Of a stretch of 64,000 nucleotides of DNA, positions 27,898 to 38,673 are shown piece after piece. The translations under genes and the position numbers were made by a program. Source of the DNA: an uncultured delta proteobacterium (GTDB lineage Bacteria; Desulfobacterota; Binatia; HRBIN30; BPIQ01); NCBI GenBank assembly GCA_963761335.1, contig CAVXGR010000025.1:32001-96000 (forward strand), read 5' to 3'. The notes under the pieces were generated by a model. That model did no database searches. It was not told where the DNA came from and worked only from the letters and a program-made list of their open reading frames with translations. Each line of letters starts with the position of its first letter. Positions within the stretch are counted from its first letter, which is position 1.

Positions 27898-30573
27898 CTA
27901 GCGACCGCCGCCGGGGCGGCCCCAGCGGGCCGCGAGCTGGCGATCGGGAAGTCGCCAGAGGCTGGCGTGCAGGCGCTGTACGAGCTCGGCGTCGGAAAGG
28001 ACGATCTGGCGCTCCCGCAAGCCGAGACTTGCCGGACCTTCGGCGATCGCCCGCCGCAGCAGAGCCTGGCGCTGTTCGCGGATGCGTGGCCGCAGCCGGC
28101 GAGGGGGGCCCAGGAGCGCCTGATGCAGGGCGTTGACGTAGGGATCGACCGCGGCGCGCACGAAGCCGTCGAGCTCGGCATGCGGCAGCGCCTCGGAGTG
28201 CTGCTGCGCCCGCTGCAGATTCACTTCCAGGTCGCGCAGCTCCAGGGGCGGCTCGGTCTCCTCCGGAATGAGAAACAGGCCCCAAGCGCGGGCGCGCTCG
28301 CCGAGGCTCACGCGACTGGCGAGGACGGAGAGCGGGATCGACAGGATCAGCGCCCCGATGATCGGCGTCACCCACCAGAAGTAGTCCGGGTTGAGAAGGT
28401 AGAGCGTGGTTCCCCAGGCGGTCGCGAAGACGGTGTCGAGGCCGTGGTGGCGAATGGCCTCGAGCCATCCGGTCTCGGCGTCCCCCCGCCCCTGTGAACG
28501 CCAGCTGACGGTGCGCCCGAGGAGATTCTGGATGACGAACTTGCTGTGGAACAGCATGCGGATCGGGGCGAACAGGCTGGAGAGCAGCACCTCCAGGAAG
28601 GCGCTCAGCGACAGGCGGATCGCGCCTCCGTAAGCGCGCGCGTTGCGGCCTTTGAAGACGATCAGCAGCACGCTCAAGATCTTCGGCACGAAGAGAATCA
28701 TGCCGGTGACGGCGAGCAGTGCCAGAGCCCAGTCGGGGCGCCACACCGGCCACAGCGGGAAGAGGCGGTGGGCCGTCGGAAAGTACTCCGGGGGTCGGAG
28801 GGCGTTGATGATGGCCTCGGCGGTGCTGAGAATCAGAAAGCAGAGCCAGAGGAGAGCGGAGACGTAGGACATAATCCCGTTGAGGAAAAGGGCGCGGTGC
28901 GCCCCAAAGAAGCCTTCGGTCGGCACCAGCCGCAGGTGCTGCAGGTTCCCCTGGCACCAGCGCCGATCGCGCTTCATCTCCTCCAGCAACGTCGAGGGAG
29001 TCTCCTCGTAGCTGCCCGGCAGATGGTAGGCGAGCCAGAGAGTCCAGCCGGCGCGGCCGAGCAGGGCGGCCTCGACGAAGTCGTGGCTGAGGATCTCGCC
29101 GCCCAGCGGGGGCTTGCCCGGCAGCGGCGCCAGACCGCAGTGGTCGGCAAACGGCTTGATGCGAATGATGGCGTTGTGGCCCCAGTACTGCCCCTCGCCG
29201 AGCTGCCAGAAGTGCAGGCCGGCGGCGAACATCGGGCTGTAGATCCGGCCGGCAAACTGCTGCACGCGGGCGAACAGGGAGCGGCGGTTGACGGAGATCG
29301 GCGCCGTCTGGATCATGCCGACGCCGGCGTGCTTCTCCATCAGCTGCGCCAGCCGCACGATGCAGTCGCCGCTCATCACGCTGTCGGCGTCGAGCATGAC
29401 CATGTAGCGATACCGTGGGCCCCAGCGCCGGCAGAAGTCCGCGACGTTGCCGCTCTTGCGCTTCAGGCGGACCTTGCGGCGGCGGTAGAAGATCCGCTCG
29501 AAGCCGCCGACGTCCCGGCACCAGTCGGCCCACGCTTCCTCCTCCCGGATCCATACGGCCGGATCGCCGGTGTCGCTGAGGACGAAGAAGTCGAAATGCT
29601 CGAGCTGGCCGGTGCGCCGCAGCGATTCGTATATGGCTCGCAGGCCGGCGAAGACGCGGTCCACCGGCTCCTGCGCGATCGGCATGACGATCGCCGTGCG
29701 CGCCTCCGGCCCCAGCTCACCGACCTCCTCGCCGTCGAGATGGGTGATGGCGAAGCGATCGGGCCTGCCGATCAGCAGGAAGAAGCCCATCAGCGCCGTC
29801 CAAAAGCCGATCGATATCCAGCCGAAGAGCGCCGCAAAAAAGAGGGCGATGACGATCTCCAGGGCACTGTTCCCCTTCTGCGGCAATACCTCGATCATGA
29901 ACTGGCTGGCGATGATGCTGGGGATGAGCACCAGAAAGCCGAGAAGCAGCCGACGGCGCCGCGCCACCCGCGCCCATGGCTGCCCACTCCGCCCGCGCCG
30001 CAGCGGCAGCTCGTCCGCGACCGAGGCGGCGACGCGGCTGCCGAGCAGGCGGCGTAGAAGGCGGCGAAAAACGCGGCGTTCGACGCGTGCCGGAACCATG
30101 GAGCGGCGATTCAGTGGCGGCACCGCGCAGAGCTGCGCCCCGTCGCGTACCGGCAGGGGCGCCGCCGCACCGCGTGAAGTGCCGCCGTTGGCGAATTGGC
30201 CGCTGAGCTTGCCCCAGAGCCGCCACCCGAGAAACTCGTCCTCGGTGGCGGGCGCCGCCTCAGGAGGGGGCGGATACTGGCGCGGCAGCAGGCGACGCAG
30301 TGCCGCGAAGGTCTCGGCAACCGCATCGCTGTCGCCGCTCCAGGAGTCGCTCGCGAGCGCCGATTCGACCGCCTGCGCGGCAAGCTCCTCCTGCTTTTCG
30401 GGCGGTACCCGCAGGGCGTCCAGGTAGGCGACGGCGCGCGCCTGCGCCTCCTTCCAGTTCTGCAGAAGACGCGCCGACGGCACCGCCAGGGACGGAGCCG
30501 CGGACGTCTGCGACTTGCCGCTGGTGTCGGCAGACTCGGCCGGTTCCCCGGCCACGACTGGTTTCTCGCTCAC
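27898..30573 (-). CDS. opgH: Glucans biosynthesis glucosyltransferase H (GT2)
   Basis: KRKSGNVADFCRRWG, LDADSVM, YWGHNAIIR, ILSHDFVEAA and RDRRWCQGNLQH. GTG start overlaps the opgG stop (GTGA). Confidence 0.95.
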   Translation of the reverse strand: MSEKPVVAGEPAESADTSGKSQTSAAPSLAVPSARLLQNWKEAQARAVAYLDALRVPPEKQEELAAQAVESALASDSWSGDSDAVAETFAALRRLLPRQYPPPPEAAPATEDEFLGWRLWGKLSGQFANGGTSRGAAAPLPVRDGAQLCAVPPLNRRSMVPARVERRVFRRLLRRLLGSRVAASVADELPLRRGRSGQPWARVARRRRLLLGFLVLIPSIIASQFMIEVLPQKGNSALEIVIALFFAALFGWISIGFWTALMGFFLLIGRPDRFAITHLDGEEVGELGPEARTAIVMPIAQEPVDRVFAGLRAIYESLRRTGQLEHFDFFVLSDTGDPAVWIREEEAWADWCRDVGGFERIFYRRRKVRLKRKSGNVADFCRRWGPRYRYMVMLDADSVMSGDCIVRLAQLMEKHAGVGMIQTAPISVNRRSLFARVQQFAGRIYSPMFAAGLHFWQLGEGQYWGHNAIIRIKPFADHCGLAPLPGKPPLGGEILSHDFVEAALLGRAGWTLWLAYHLPGSYEETPSTLLEEMKRDRRWCQGNLQHLRLVPTEGFFGAHRALFLNGIMSYVSALLWLCFLILSTAEAIINALRPPEYFPTAHRLFPLWPVWRPDWALALLAVTGMILFVPKILSVLLIVFKGRNARAYGGAIRLSLSAFLEVLLSSLFAPIRMLFHSKFVIQNLLGRTVSWRSQGRGDAETGWLEAIRHHGLDTVFATAWGTTLYLLNPDYFWWVTPIIGALILSIPLSVLASRVSLGERARAWGLFLIPEETEPPLELRDLEVNLQRAQQHSEALPHAELDGFVRAAVDPYVNALHQALLGPPRRLRPRIREQRQALLRRAIAEGPASLGLRERQIVLSDAELVQRLHASLWRLPDRQLAARWGRPGGGR

Positions 30574-32138
30574 GGCAGAAGCAGATACGACCACGTCTCG
30601 GTCAAGGCGTTGCCTCCCTGCTCGAGAAAGGCCCGCAGCTCGACGGGGTTGTCGGTCTTCGGTCGGACCTGAAAGACCAGTCGCCAACCGCCGGTCTCGG
30701 TGTTCTTCACCACGTGCTGCTCCAACAGCTCGGCGGCGCTGTCGCTGCCGATCACCGTGACCACGGCTCGCAGCACCGTGTCCTCGGGTATTCGCGTCAG
30801 CTTTTGGCCGCTGAAGTCGATGACGAAGCGGTCGACCCCCTTGGCCGGAGAGTCGCGGCGGGTCGCCACCGCCACCCCGGCGGCCGGCTCCATGACGTCG
30901 GCATCGCCGTCGTCCCAGTAGGTCTTGTAGGCGAAGGAGAGCGGCTCCCCGAGTGCCGGCAGCGACGCCGGCACCCAGTAGGCGACGACGTTGTCGTTGG
31001 TCTCGTCTTTGGTCGGGATCTCCACCAGCTCGACGCGCCCGTCGCCCCAGTCGCCTTCGGGGACGACCCAGGCGCTGGGGCGTCGCTCATAGTGGCTCTC
31101 CAGATCCTGATAGTCCTCGAAGTTTCGGTCGCGCTGCAGCAGGCCAAAGCCCCGCGGGTTCGATGTCTGGAAGCTGCTCACCTGGAGGCTGCTCGGGTTC
31201 TCCAGCGGCCGCCACAACCACTCGCCGCTGGCCAGATCCAGCTGTAGGCCGTCGGAGTCGTGAACCTCGGGGCGAAAGTTGTCGAAGTAGCGCACGCCGT
31301 TCTCGCCGAAGAAGAACATGCTCGTCAGTGGCGCGATCCCCAGCTTCTCGACATCCTTGCGGCGGAAGAGACGCTCGTCGACCTCGACCCGCGTCGGCGC
31401 GCCGGGACGCACCACGAATTGATAGGCGCCGCTCAGGCTGGGGCTGTCGAGAAGCGCATAGATGGCCATCTCCTTGGCGCCGGGCGCCGGACGCACCAGC
31501 CAGAACTCCTTGAAGAAGGGGAACTCCTCTCCAGAGCTCAGCGCCGTGTCGATCGCCACCCCGCGCGCCGAGAGCCCGAAGCCGTTGTTCCGGCCGACGG
31601 CGCGGAAATAGCTCGCGCCGAGGAAGACGATCACCTCGTCGTAGTACTTCGGCGTCTTCAGCGGATAGTGGAGCCGGAGGCCGGCATAGCCGAGGTTCTG
31701 CGGCACCTTGCTGGCGAAGTTGTTCTTCCCGTAGTCGAACTGGCTGGGCGAGAACGGCACCGGATGGACGCCGCTGGAGTTCACCACGTTGATGGCGACG
31801 ACCCGGTCGTAGTAGAGCCCCGGGTGGAAGAACTGCACCTGAAACGGTGAGCGGCTGTCGCGCCAGAGGGCGTCTTCCGGACGGAAACGGATGTCCCGCC
31901 ACTGGTCGTAGGTGATGTCGAGGAGCCAGCGGGGGACAGCGGGCGGGGGCGCCTGGAAGGGCTCCTGTGCCAGCTTGCGGGCGCGGGCGATGACGTCGTC
32001 GAATCCGAAGGCAGCATGGGCGCGCCCGGGGGCGAGGACGGGGAGCAGAGCCCCAATTGCGCCCACCAGCACCAGTCGCTGCCAGAAGGCGATACCCCGC
32101 GTCGCCGGCGTCTGCCTGGTCCCCTTTGCCCCCAACAT
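30570..32138 (-). CDS. opgG: Periplasmic glucan biosynthesis protein G
   Basis: Signal peptide. FLGASYFRA, GLSARGVAIDT, EEFPFF, APLTSMF, RPEVHDSDGL, ETNDNVV and ETWSY. Confidence 0.93.
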   Translation of the reverse strand: MLGAKGTRQTPATRGIAFWQRLVLVGAIGALLPVLAPGRAHAAFGFDDVIARARKLAQEPFQAPPPAVPRWLLDITYDQWRDIRFRPEDALWRDSRSPFQVQFFHPGLYYDRVVAINVVNSSGVHPVPFSPSQFDYGKNNFASKVPQNLGYAGLRLHYPLKTPKYYDEVIVFLGASYFRAVGRNNGFGLSARGVAIDTALSSGEEFPFFKEFWLVRPAPGAKEMAIYALLDSPSLSGAYQFVVRPGAPTRVEVDERLFRRKDVEKLGIAPLTSMFFFGENGVRYFDNFRPEVHDSDGLQLDLASGEWLWRPLENPSSLQVSSFQTSNPRGFGLLQRDRNFEDYQDLESHYERRPSAWVVPEGDWGDGRVELVEIPTKDETNDNVVAYWVPASLPALGEPLSFAYKTYWDDGDADVMEPAAGVAVATRRDSPAKGVDRFVIDFSGQKLTRIPEDTVLRAVVTVIGSDSAAELLEQHVVKNTETGGWRLVFQVRPKTDNPVELRAFLEQGGNALTETWSYLLLP

Positions 32139-32286
32139 CTGTTCCTCCTGGTCACGGTAGCACGATCCAATCCGATCACCACATCATGCAGCCAGCCGTC
32201 AACTCCTAGCAGCCCGCCAGCACCGCTGCACATTTCCCCTTTTCCCATCGCTTCGCTAGAGTTCGCCGGCTGGAAGTCTTCGCATT

Positions 32287-33654
32287 TTGCCGCCGACGCC
32301 TGCAAACCCCTCTGGAGCGCTGCCGCACTCCGGCTGCCACCGGAAGAGTGCCCTGGCGGCCGCGCCGCTGGCGGTGGTCGTCCTTCTCTCGTGCGCCGCA
32401 TGCTCTCGTCCCCAGGGGCGCGAGCAGCTCGTCGAGCTCTGGGCTCTGGGGCGCGAGGGCGAGGTGGTACAACGACTGATTCCCGAGTTCGAGCGGCGCA
32501 ACCCCGCGATCCGCGTCCGTGTCCAACAGATCCCCTGGAGCGCTGCGCACGAGAAGCTGTTGACCGCATTCGTCGGCGAATCCATGCCGGATGTCTTTCA
32601 GGTGGGCAATACCTGGATCCCCGAGTTTGCCGCTCTCGATGCCGTCGAGCCGCTCGATGCCCGTATCGCCGCCTCCGCCGCGGTGACGCCCGGAGACTAC
32701 TTCGCCGGCATCCTGGCGACCAACACCATCGGCGGCACCACCTACGCGCTTCCCTGGTACGTCGACACCCGCCTCCTCTTCTATCGCAGCGACATACTGG
32801 CCGCCGCCGGCTACCCGGCAGCGCCGCGTTCGTGGGCCGATTGGCTCCAGGCGATGCGCCAAATCAAGGAACGCGGCGGCGGCAACGGCTACGCGATTCT
32901 GCTGCCGATCCAGGAGTGGGAGGCGCCGGTGATTCTGGCGATGCAGCTCGGCGCACATCTGCTGCGAGAGGGAGGGCGCTATGGCAACTTCCGCAGCCCG
33001 GCGTTCCGGCGCGCCTTCGCCTTCTACCTCGACCTCTTCCGCCAGGGGCTGGCGCCACAGGCGGGAGCCGCCCAGGTCGCCAACGTCTATCAGGAGTTCG
33101 CCCGCGGTTACTTCGGCTTCTATCTGAGCGGTCCCTGGAACATCGGCGAGTTTCGCCGCCGGCTGCCCCCGGAGATGAACGGCAAGTGGGCGACGGCGCC
33201 GATGCCGTCACCCGACGCGGCGTATCCCGGGACGTCTCTGGCCGGCGGCGCCAGCCTGGCGCTGTCCCGGACCTCGCGGCAGAAGGACGCCGCCTGGCGC
33301 CTGATCGAGTATCTCGCCGACCCGGCCCGGCAGGCGGAGTTCTACCGCCTGACCGGCGATCTCCCCTCGCGCCAGAGCGCCTGGGCAGCCGACGACCTGG
33401 CCCATCAGCCCTACACGGCGGCCTTCTGGGAGCAGCTGCACGCCGTGCAGCCGGCGCCGCAGGTTCCGGAATGGGAGCAGATCGCCAGCAAGGTGGCCGA
33501 ACACTCCGAAGCCGCCGTCCGCGGCAGCGTCGGCATCGACGCCGCTCTGCACGACCTCGATCACGACGTCGATCAGATTCTCGAGAAGCGCCGCTGGATG
33601 CTGCGCCGCTCGGAAGGCGAAGGGGCAACCCCGGCGGCCGCGGAGGAGGACTGA
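32287..33654 (+). CDS. Carbohydrate ABC transporter substrate-binding lipoprotein
   Basis: Lipobox-like SCAAC, QQIPWSAAHEKLLTA, PWYVDTRLLFYR, SGPWNIGEF and PEWEQI. Start uncertain. Confidence 0.88.
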   Translation: MPPTPANPSGALPHSGCHRKSALAAAPLAVVVLLSCAACSRPQGREQLVELWALGREGEVVQRLIPEFERRNPAIRVRVQQIPWSAAHEKLLTAFVGESMPDVFQVGNTWIPEFAALDAVEPLDARIAASAAVTPGDYFAGILATNTIGGTTYALPWYVDTRLLFYRSDILAAAGYPAAPRSWADWLQAMRQIKERGGGNGYAILLPIQEWEAPVILAMQLGAHLLREGGRYGNFRSPAFRRAFAFYLDLFRQGLAPQAGAAQVANVYQEFARGYFGFYLSGPWNIGEFRRRLPPEMNGKWATAPMPSPDAAYPGTSLAGGASLALSRTSRQKDAAWRLIEYLADPARQAEFYRLTGDLPSRQSAWAADDLAHQPYTAAFWEQLHAVQPAPQVPEWEQIASKVAEHSEAAVRGSVGIDAALHDLDHDVDQILEKRRWMLRRSEGEGATPAAAEED

Positions 33655-33657
33655 GCC

Positions 33658-34623
33658 GTGGCCCCGGAAGCTGCCGGCAGCCTCATGCGGCGCCGTTTCC
33701 CAGCGCGCCTTCACCCGGCCGTGTGGTTCCTCGCCCCGGCGCTGCTGGCGATCTTCGTCTTCTTCTTCGTGCCGGTTGTCGCCTCGCTGCTGCTGAGCTT
33801 TACCGACTTCGACATCTACGCCGCCGGCAACCCCGCCAATCTGCGCCTCGTCGGCACCAGCAACTACACTCGCCTGATGCGCGATCCGCTCTTTTGGGTG
33901 GCGCTCCGCAATACCTTCTACTTCGTGGTCGTCGGTGGGCCGCTCTCGGTGGGCGTCTCGCTGTTGGCGGCATTGCTCCTCGAGGCCAAGGCGGTGCGCC
34001 TGCGCGGCTTCTTCCGGACCGCCTTCTTCCTGCCGGTGGTGACCACGCTGGTGGCCACGGCGGTCGTCTGGCGGTACCTCTACCATCCGCGCTACGGCCT
34101 GCTGAATGCCGCCCTCGGCTTCTTCGGCATCGGCGCCATCGACTGGCTCGGCGACCCGCGCTGGGCGATGCCGGCGATCATTCTCATGGCGGTGTGGAAG
34201 AACTTCGGGTTCAACATGATCATCTTCATCGCCGGGCTGCAGAGCATTCCCGAGCGCCTGTACGAGGCCGCCCGCATCGACGGCGCCGGGCGCTGGCAGC
34301 AGTTTCGCGGCGTCACCCTGCCGATGCTGGCACCGACCTTCCTCTTCGTCGCCATCATCACCATGATCGGCTACTTCCAGCTGTTCGCCGAGCCCTATGT
34401 GATGACTCAGGGGGGGCCGGCGAACAGCACCCTCAGCGTCGTCCTTCTCATGTACGAGGAGGGCTTCCGCTGGTGGAACATGGGATACGCCGCCGCCATT
34501 GCCTTCGTGCTCTTCGCCATCATCCTCGCCTTCACCGCCCTGCAGCTCGTCGTGCAACGGCGGCGCAGCGCCGCGCCCGGCCCCGCGCTCGGGCAAACGG
34601 CCGGTGCCGGGGGTGTCCGGTGA
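33658..34623 (+). CDS. Carbohydrate ABC transporter permease
   Basis: EAA motif LYEAARIDGA, six TM segments and YVMTQGGP. Confidence 0.92.
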   Translation: MAPEAAGSLMRRRFPARLHPAVWFLAPALLAIFVFFFVPVVASLLLSFTDFDIYAAGNPANLRLVGTSNYTRLMRDPLFWVALRNTFYFVVVGGPLSVGVSLLAALLLEAKAVRLRGFFRTAFFLPVVTTLVATAVVWRYLYHPRYGLLNAALGFFGIGAIDWLGDPRWAMPAIILMAVWKNFGFNMIIFIAGLQSIPERLYEAARIDGAGRWQQFRGVTLPMLAPTFLFVAIITMIGYFQLFAEPYVMTQGGPANSTLSVVLLMYEEGFRWWNMGYAAAIAFVLFAIILAFTALQLVVQRRRSAAPGPALGQTAGAGGVR

Positions 34624-35441
34624 AGCGCCGCCTGCAGTCCGTCGCCCTCCACCTGGGTCTCGCGGCCGCGGCCCTGGTCACGGCGCTGCCGCTGCTGTGG
34701 ATGCTCTCCGCCTCACTGATGCCGACGGGACAAGCCACGGCGCTGCCGCCCCGGCTCTTGCCTTCTCCCCCGACGTTGGAGCACTACCGCGCCCTGTTCA
34801 CCCGGCTCGACCTCGGACGCAACGCTCTCAACAGCGCCCTGATCGCCACCGCCGCCACCCTCATCTCGCTGCTCTTCAACTCCATGGCCGGCTACGCCTT
34901 TGCCAAGTTCCACTTCCGCGGCCGCGACCGTCTCTTCAGCGGGCTGCTGGCCGCCATGGTGATCCCGGCACAGGTGTCGATGCTGCCGCTGTTTCTCATG
35001 CTCAAGAACATGGGCCTGGTGAACACCTACTGGGGGGTGATCATCCCCAGCATGGCCAGCATCTTCGGAATATTCCTGGTGCGGCAGTACGCGCAGTCGA
35101 TCCCCGACAGCATTCTCGACGCGGCGCGCATCGACGGCGCCGGCGAGCTGCGCATCTATTGGTCCCTGGTTCTGCCCGCCTGCCGCCCGATCCTGGTCAC
35201 CCTGGCCATCTTCACCTTCATGGGCACGTGGAACGATTTCATGTGGCCCCTGATCGTGCTGACAAACAGCGATATGTACACCTTGCCGGTCGCCCTGGCG
35301 AACCTCCTCGGCGAGCATGCCCAGGACACGGAGCTGATGATGGCGGGCGCCGTGCTGACGGTCCTGCCGGTGATGGTGCTGTTTATCGCGCTGCAGAAAT
35401 ACTACATTGCGGGGATCATGGCCGGCGCGGTGAAGGACTAG
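34620..35441 (+). CDS. Carbohydrate ABC transporter permease
   Basis: GTG start overlaps the upstream TGA. IPDSILDAARIDGA and WNDFMWPL. Confidence 0.92.
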   Translation: MKRRLQSVALHLGLAAAALVTALPLLWMLSASLMPTGQATALPPRLLPSPPTLEHYRALFTRLDLGRNALNSALIATAATLISLLFNSMAGYAFAKFHFRGRDRLFSGLLAAMVIPAQVSMLPLFLMLKNMGLVNTYWGVIIPSMASIFGIFLVRQYAQSIPDSILDAARIDGAGELRIYWSLVLPACRPILVTLAIFTFMGTWNDFMWPLIVLTNSDMYTLPVALANLLGEHAQDTELMMAGAVLTVLPVMVLFIALQKYYIAGIMAGAVKD

Positions 35442-38400
35442 TGGGGACCCAACTCTTCGGCGGCGCTCGGCGCCGTCTCCCGGTGCGCCGCTATGACTTC
35501 ATTCTGGCGATTCTCGTCGCTGCGGCGATACAGGCACCGTCGGTCCGTGGCGCCGAGCCGCAGATTCTCGACGCCTTCGATGATCTCAGTGGGTGGACTG
35601 CTGCCGCCTCCCAGGGCGCCAGCATCGAGATCGCCCAGGACCGCGGCACCGACGGCATGGGCCTGCGCATCGATTTCGACTTCCACGGGGGTGCCGGGTA
35701 CGTCCTGGTGCACAAGGCACTGCCTCTGGCGTTGCCCGAGAACTATGCCTTCTCGTTCGACATCCGCGGCGAGGCGCCGCGCAACGACTTCGAGTTCAAG
35801 CTGGTGGACCGTTCGGGAAAGAGCGTGTGGTGGCGCCGCCTGCGCGATTTCGCCTTCCCATCCAGCTGGGAGCACCAGGTCATTCGCAAGCCGCGGATCG
35901 AGTTCGCGTGGGGGCCGGCGCACGGGGGAGAGCTGAAGCAGGTGGGTGCCATCGAGTTCGGCATCTCCGCGGGATCGGGCGGCGGCAAGGGATCGGTGTG
36001 GATCGACACCCTGGCCTTCGAGCAGAGAGAGCCGGCCAGCGCCTACAATCACACGGCGACGGTGCTCGCCTCCACGTCGCTGCCGGGGCACGAGCCGGAG
36101 CTGATCCTGGACCAGGACCCGGCAACCAGCTGGCACAGCGGCACCGTCGCTCCCGGGCAGTGGGTGATCATCGATTTCGGCAAGACCCGCGAGTACGGCG
36201 GTCTGGTGATCGACTGGGACGAAAGCGATTTCGCCATCGCCTACGAGGTGCAGGTCTCGGACGATCAGCAGAGCTGGACGACGGCGTACACCAGCACCGC
36301 GGGAAACGGCGGACGCGACTACATTTACATGCCCGATGCGGAGTCGCGTTACGTACGCCTCAAGCTGCAGCAGAGCAGCATTGGCTCGGGCTACGGGATC
36401 CGCGACGTGACCGTGAAGCCGTTCGAGTTCTCGGCGTCGCCGAACCAGTTCTTCCGCACCATCGCCCAGGAGGGCAAGCCGGGTCTCTACCCGAAGTACT
36501 TCTACGACCGGCAGACGTACTGGACGGTGGTCGGCGTCAACGGCGATTCCAAGGAGGCGCTGCTCAACGAGGAAGGCATGCTCGAGGTGGAGAAGGGGGG
36601 CTTCTCGATCGAGCCTTTTCTGTATGCAGACGGGCACCTGGTGGGCTGGAGTGACGTACAGACGTCTCAAGAGCTCGATGCCGGCTACCTGCCCATCCCC
36701 TCCGTCATCTGGCGGAGCGATCAGCTGTCGCTGCGAATCACCGTCTTCGCCTCCGGACCCGCCGAGCAATCGGTCCTCTATGCCCGCTACCATCTGGAGA
36801 ACGCCGGGGCCGAGTTCGCCCACGTGGCGCTCTTCCTCGCCATCCGCCCGTTTCAGGTGGTCCCGCCCTGGCAGTCGCTCAACATGGTCGGCGGCGTGTC
36901 GCTCATTCACTCCATCACCCTCGATGGCCGCATCGCCTGGGTGAACCACGACAAGCCGATCATCTCGCTGACGGCGCCCGAGCGTTCCGGCACCTCGATT
37001 TTCGAACGGGGTCCGGTGGTCGACTTCCTCGCCGGCGGCCGGGTGCCGCCGCAGGCCGAGTCCGAGGACCCCTTCGGCTTCGCGTCCGGCGCGTTCCAGT
37101 ACGGTCTGGATCTACAGCCCGGAGGAGTCGCCGACGTCGATATCGCCATTCCCTTCCATGAGGTACCTTCCGCGCTCGCACCCGGGGTCACTGCAGTCAC
37201 CGGCGAGATCGCCGGGCTCGACGTCCAGCTGCAGAAGACCGAGGATTACTGGCGCAGCGCCCTCGACCGCGTCGACTACGAGCTTCCGCCGGCAGCCGTC
37301 GACATCTCACGGACGGCCAAGACGACCCTCGCCTACATTCTCATCAACCGCGACGGCGCCGCCATCCAGCCCGGCTCGCGCAGCTATGCGCGCTCCTGGA
37401 TTCGCGACGGCGCCTTGACCTCCGCCTCGCTTCTCGAGCTGGGGTTCACCGAGGAGGTGCGCGAGTTTCTGCGCTGGTACTCCGGCTATCAGTACCACGA
37501 CGGCAAGATCCCGTGCTGCGTCGATTACCGCGGTGCCGATCCGACTCCGGAGTACGACTCGAATGGGGAGTTCATCTTTGCGGTGATGGATTACTACCGC
37601 TTCACGCGCGACGTGGGCTTTCTGAGCGAGATGTGGCCGCACGTGATCAAGGCCGTGGACTACCTCGAGCGGCTCCGCCAGCAGACCATGACGGACGCCT
37701 ACACCAACCCGGACAAGCAGGCCTTCTACGGGCTCCTGCCGGAGTCCATCAGTCACGAGGGCTACGCCTCGCACCCGGTGCATTCGTATTGGGACGACTT
37801 CTTCGCGCTGCGCGGGCTCAAGGATGCGGCGCGCATGGCGGTGATCGTTGGCGACACCCATCGCGCCGCACAATTCGCCGCCCTGCGCGACGCCTTTCGC
37901 AAGGATCTCTACAGCTCGATCGACCGCGTGGTGCAGGAGCATCATCTCGACTACGTCCCGGCGTCCGCCGATCTCGGCGACTTCGATCCCAACGCCACCG
38001 CCATCGCCCTGATCCCGGGGGGCGAGTACGAGAACATGCCTCCGGCGCTGCTGGAGCACACCTTCGATCGCTACTTCGACGCCTTCGAGAAACGCGCCCA
38101 CGGCGAGGGCGGCTGGGATTCCTATACGCCCTACGAGCTGCGCAACGTCGCTGCCCTGGTGCTGATGGGAGAGCGCGACCGCGCCGTGGAGGTGCTGCGC
38201 GCCCTGATGGCGGATCGCCATCCGACCGCCTGGAACGAGTGGCCGGAGATCGTCTGGCGAGACCGCGCCGCCCCGCGCTTCATCGGCGACATGCCGCACA
38301 CCTGGGTTGGCTCGGCGTTCCTGCGCTCCTTGCGCACCCTCTTCGCCTTCGAGCGCGAGGCGGACGGCTCTCTGGTGATCGGCGCCGGGCTCCCCTGGGA

Positions 38401-38668
38401 ATGGGTCAGCAGCGAAACGGGAGTCTCCGTGGAGAGAATGCCGACGCAGTACGGAGTTCTGCATCTGGCCATTCGCAGTGAGTCGGCGGGCTCGGTTACC
38501 GTCCGCCTGTCCGGGGACCTGACCATGCCTCCGGGAGGAATCATCGTGCAGCCGCCACTGCCGGAGCCGCTCAAGTCGGTGCACGTGAATGGCATTCCGA
38601 TCGGCTCCTTCGGGCCCGATCAGGCTCTGGTGCGTTCCTTTCCCGCGGAGGTGGTGCTGGAGTACTGA
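35441..38668 (+). CDS. Secreted discoidin (F5/8 type C) domain-containing putative glycoside hydrolase with C-terminal (alpha/alpha)6 barrel
   Basis: Signal peptide, CBM11/CIA30-like domain, DQDPATSWHS...IDFG...YEVQVSDD (F5/8C), QPGSRSYARSWIRDGA, PESISHEGY and HSYWDDF. Start is 35441 or 35483. Confidence 0.78.
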   Translation: MGTQLFGGARRRLPVRRYDFILAILVAAAIQAPSVRGAEPQILDAFDDLSGWTAAASQGASIEIAQDRGTDGMGLRIDFDFHGGAGYVLVHKALPLALPENYAFSFDIRGEAPRNDFEFKLVDRSGKSVWWRRLRDFAFPSSWEHQVIRKPRIEFAWGPAHGGELKQVGAIEFGISAGSGGGKGSVWIDTLAFEQREPASAYNHTATVLASTSLPGHEPELILDQDPATSWHSGTVAPGQWVIIDFGKTREYGGLVIDWDESDFAIAYEVQVSDDQQSWTTAYTSTAGNGGRDYIYMPDAESRYVRLKLQQSSIGSGYGIRDVTVKPFEFSASPNQFFRTIAQEGKPGLYPKYFYDRQTYWTVVGVNGDSKEALLNEEGMLEVEKGGFSIEPFLYADGHLVGWSDVQTSQELDAGYLPIPSVIWRSDQLSLRITVFASGPAEQSVLYARYHLENAGAEFAHVALFLAIRPFQVVPPWQSLNMVGGVSLIHSITLDGRIAWVNHDKPIISLTAPERSGTSIFERGPVVDFLAGGRVPPQAESEDPFGFASGAFQYGLDLQPGGVADVDIAIPFHEVPSALAPGVTAVTGEIAGLDVQLQKTEDYWRSALDRVDYELPPAAVDISRTAKTTLAYILINRDGAAIQPGSRSYARSWIRDGALTSASLLELGFTEEVREFLRWYSGYQYHDGKIPCCVDYRGADPTPEYDSNGEFIFAVMDYYRFTRDVGFLSEMWPHVIKAVDYLERLRQQTMTDAYTNPDKQAFYGLLPESISHEGYASHPVHSYWDDFFALRGLKDAARMAVIVGDTHRAAQFAALRDAFRKDLYSSIDRVVQEHHLDYVPASADLGDFDPNATAIALIPGGEYENMPPALLEHTFDRYFDAFEKRAHGEGGWDSYTPYELRNVAALVLMGERDRAVEVLRALMADRHPTAWNEWPEIVWRDRAAPRFIGDMPHTWVGSAFLRSLRTLFAFEREADGSLVIGAGLPWEWVSSETGVSVERMPTQYGVLHLAIRSESAGSVTVRLSGDLTMPPGGIIVQPPLPEPLKSVHVNGIPIGSFGPDQALVRSFPAEVVLEY

Positions 38669-38673
38669 GCGAC

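Noticed and set aside
32016..38668. 1141-aa and 1389-aa giant fusions
   Set aside because: Their N-terminal parts are off-frame overlaps of real ABC genes. True starts are 34620 and about 35441.
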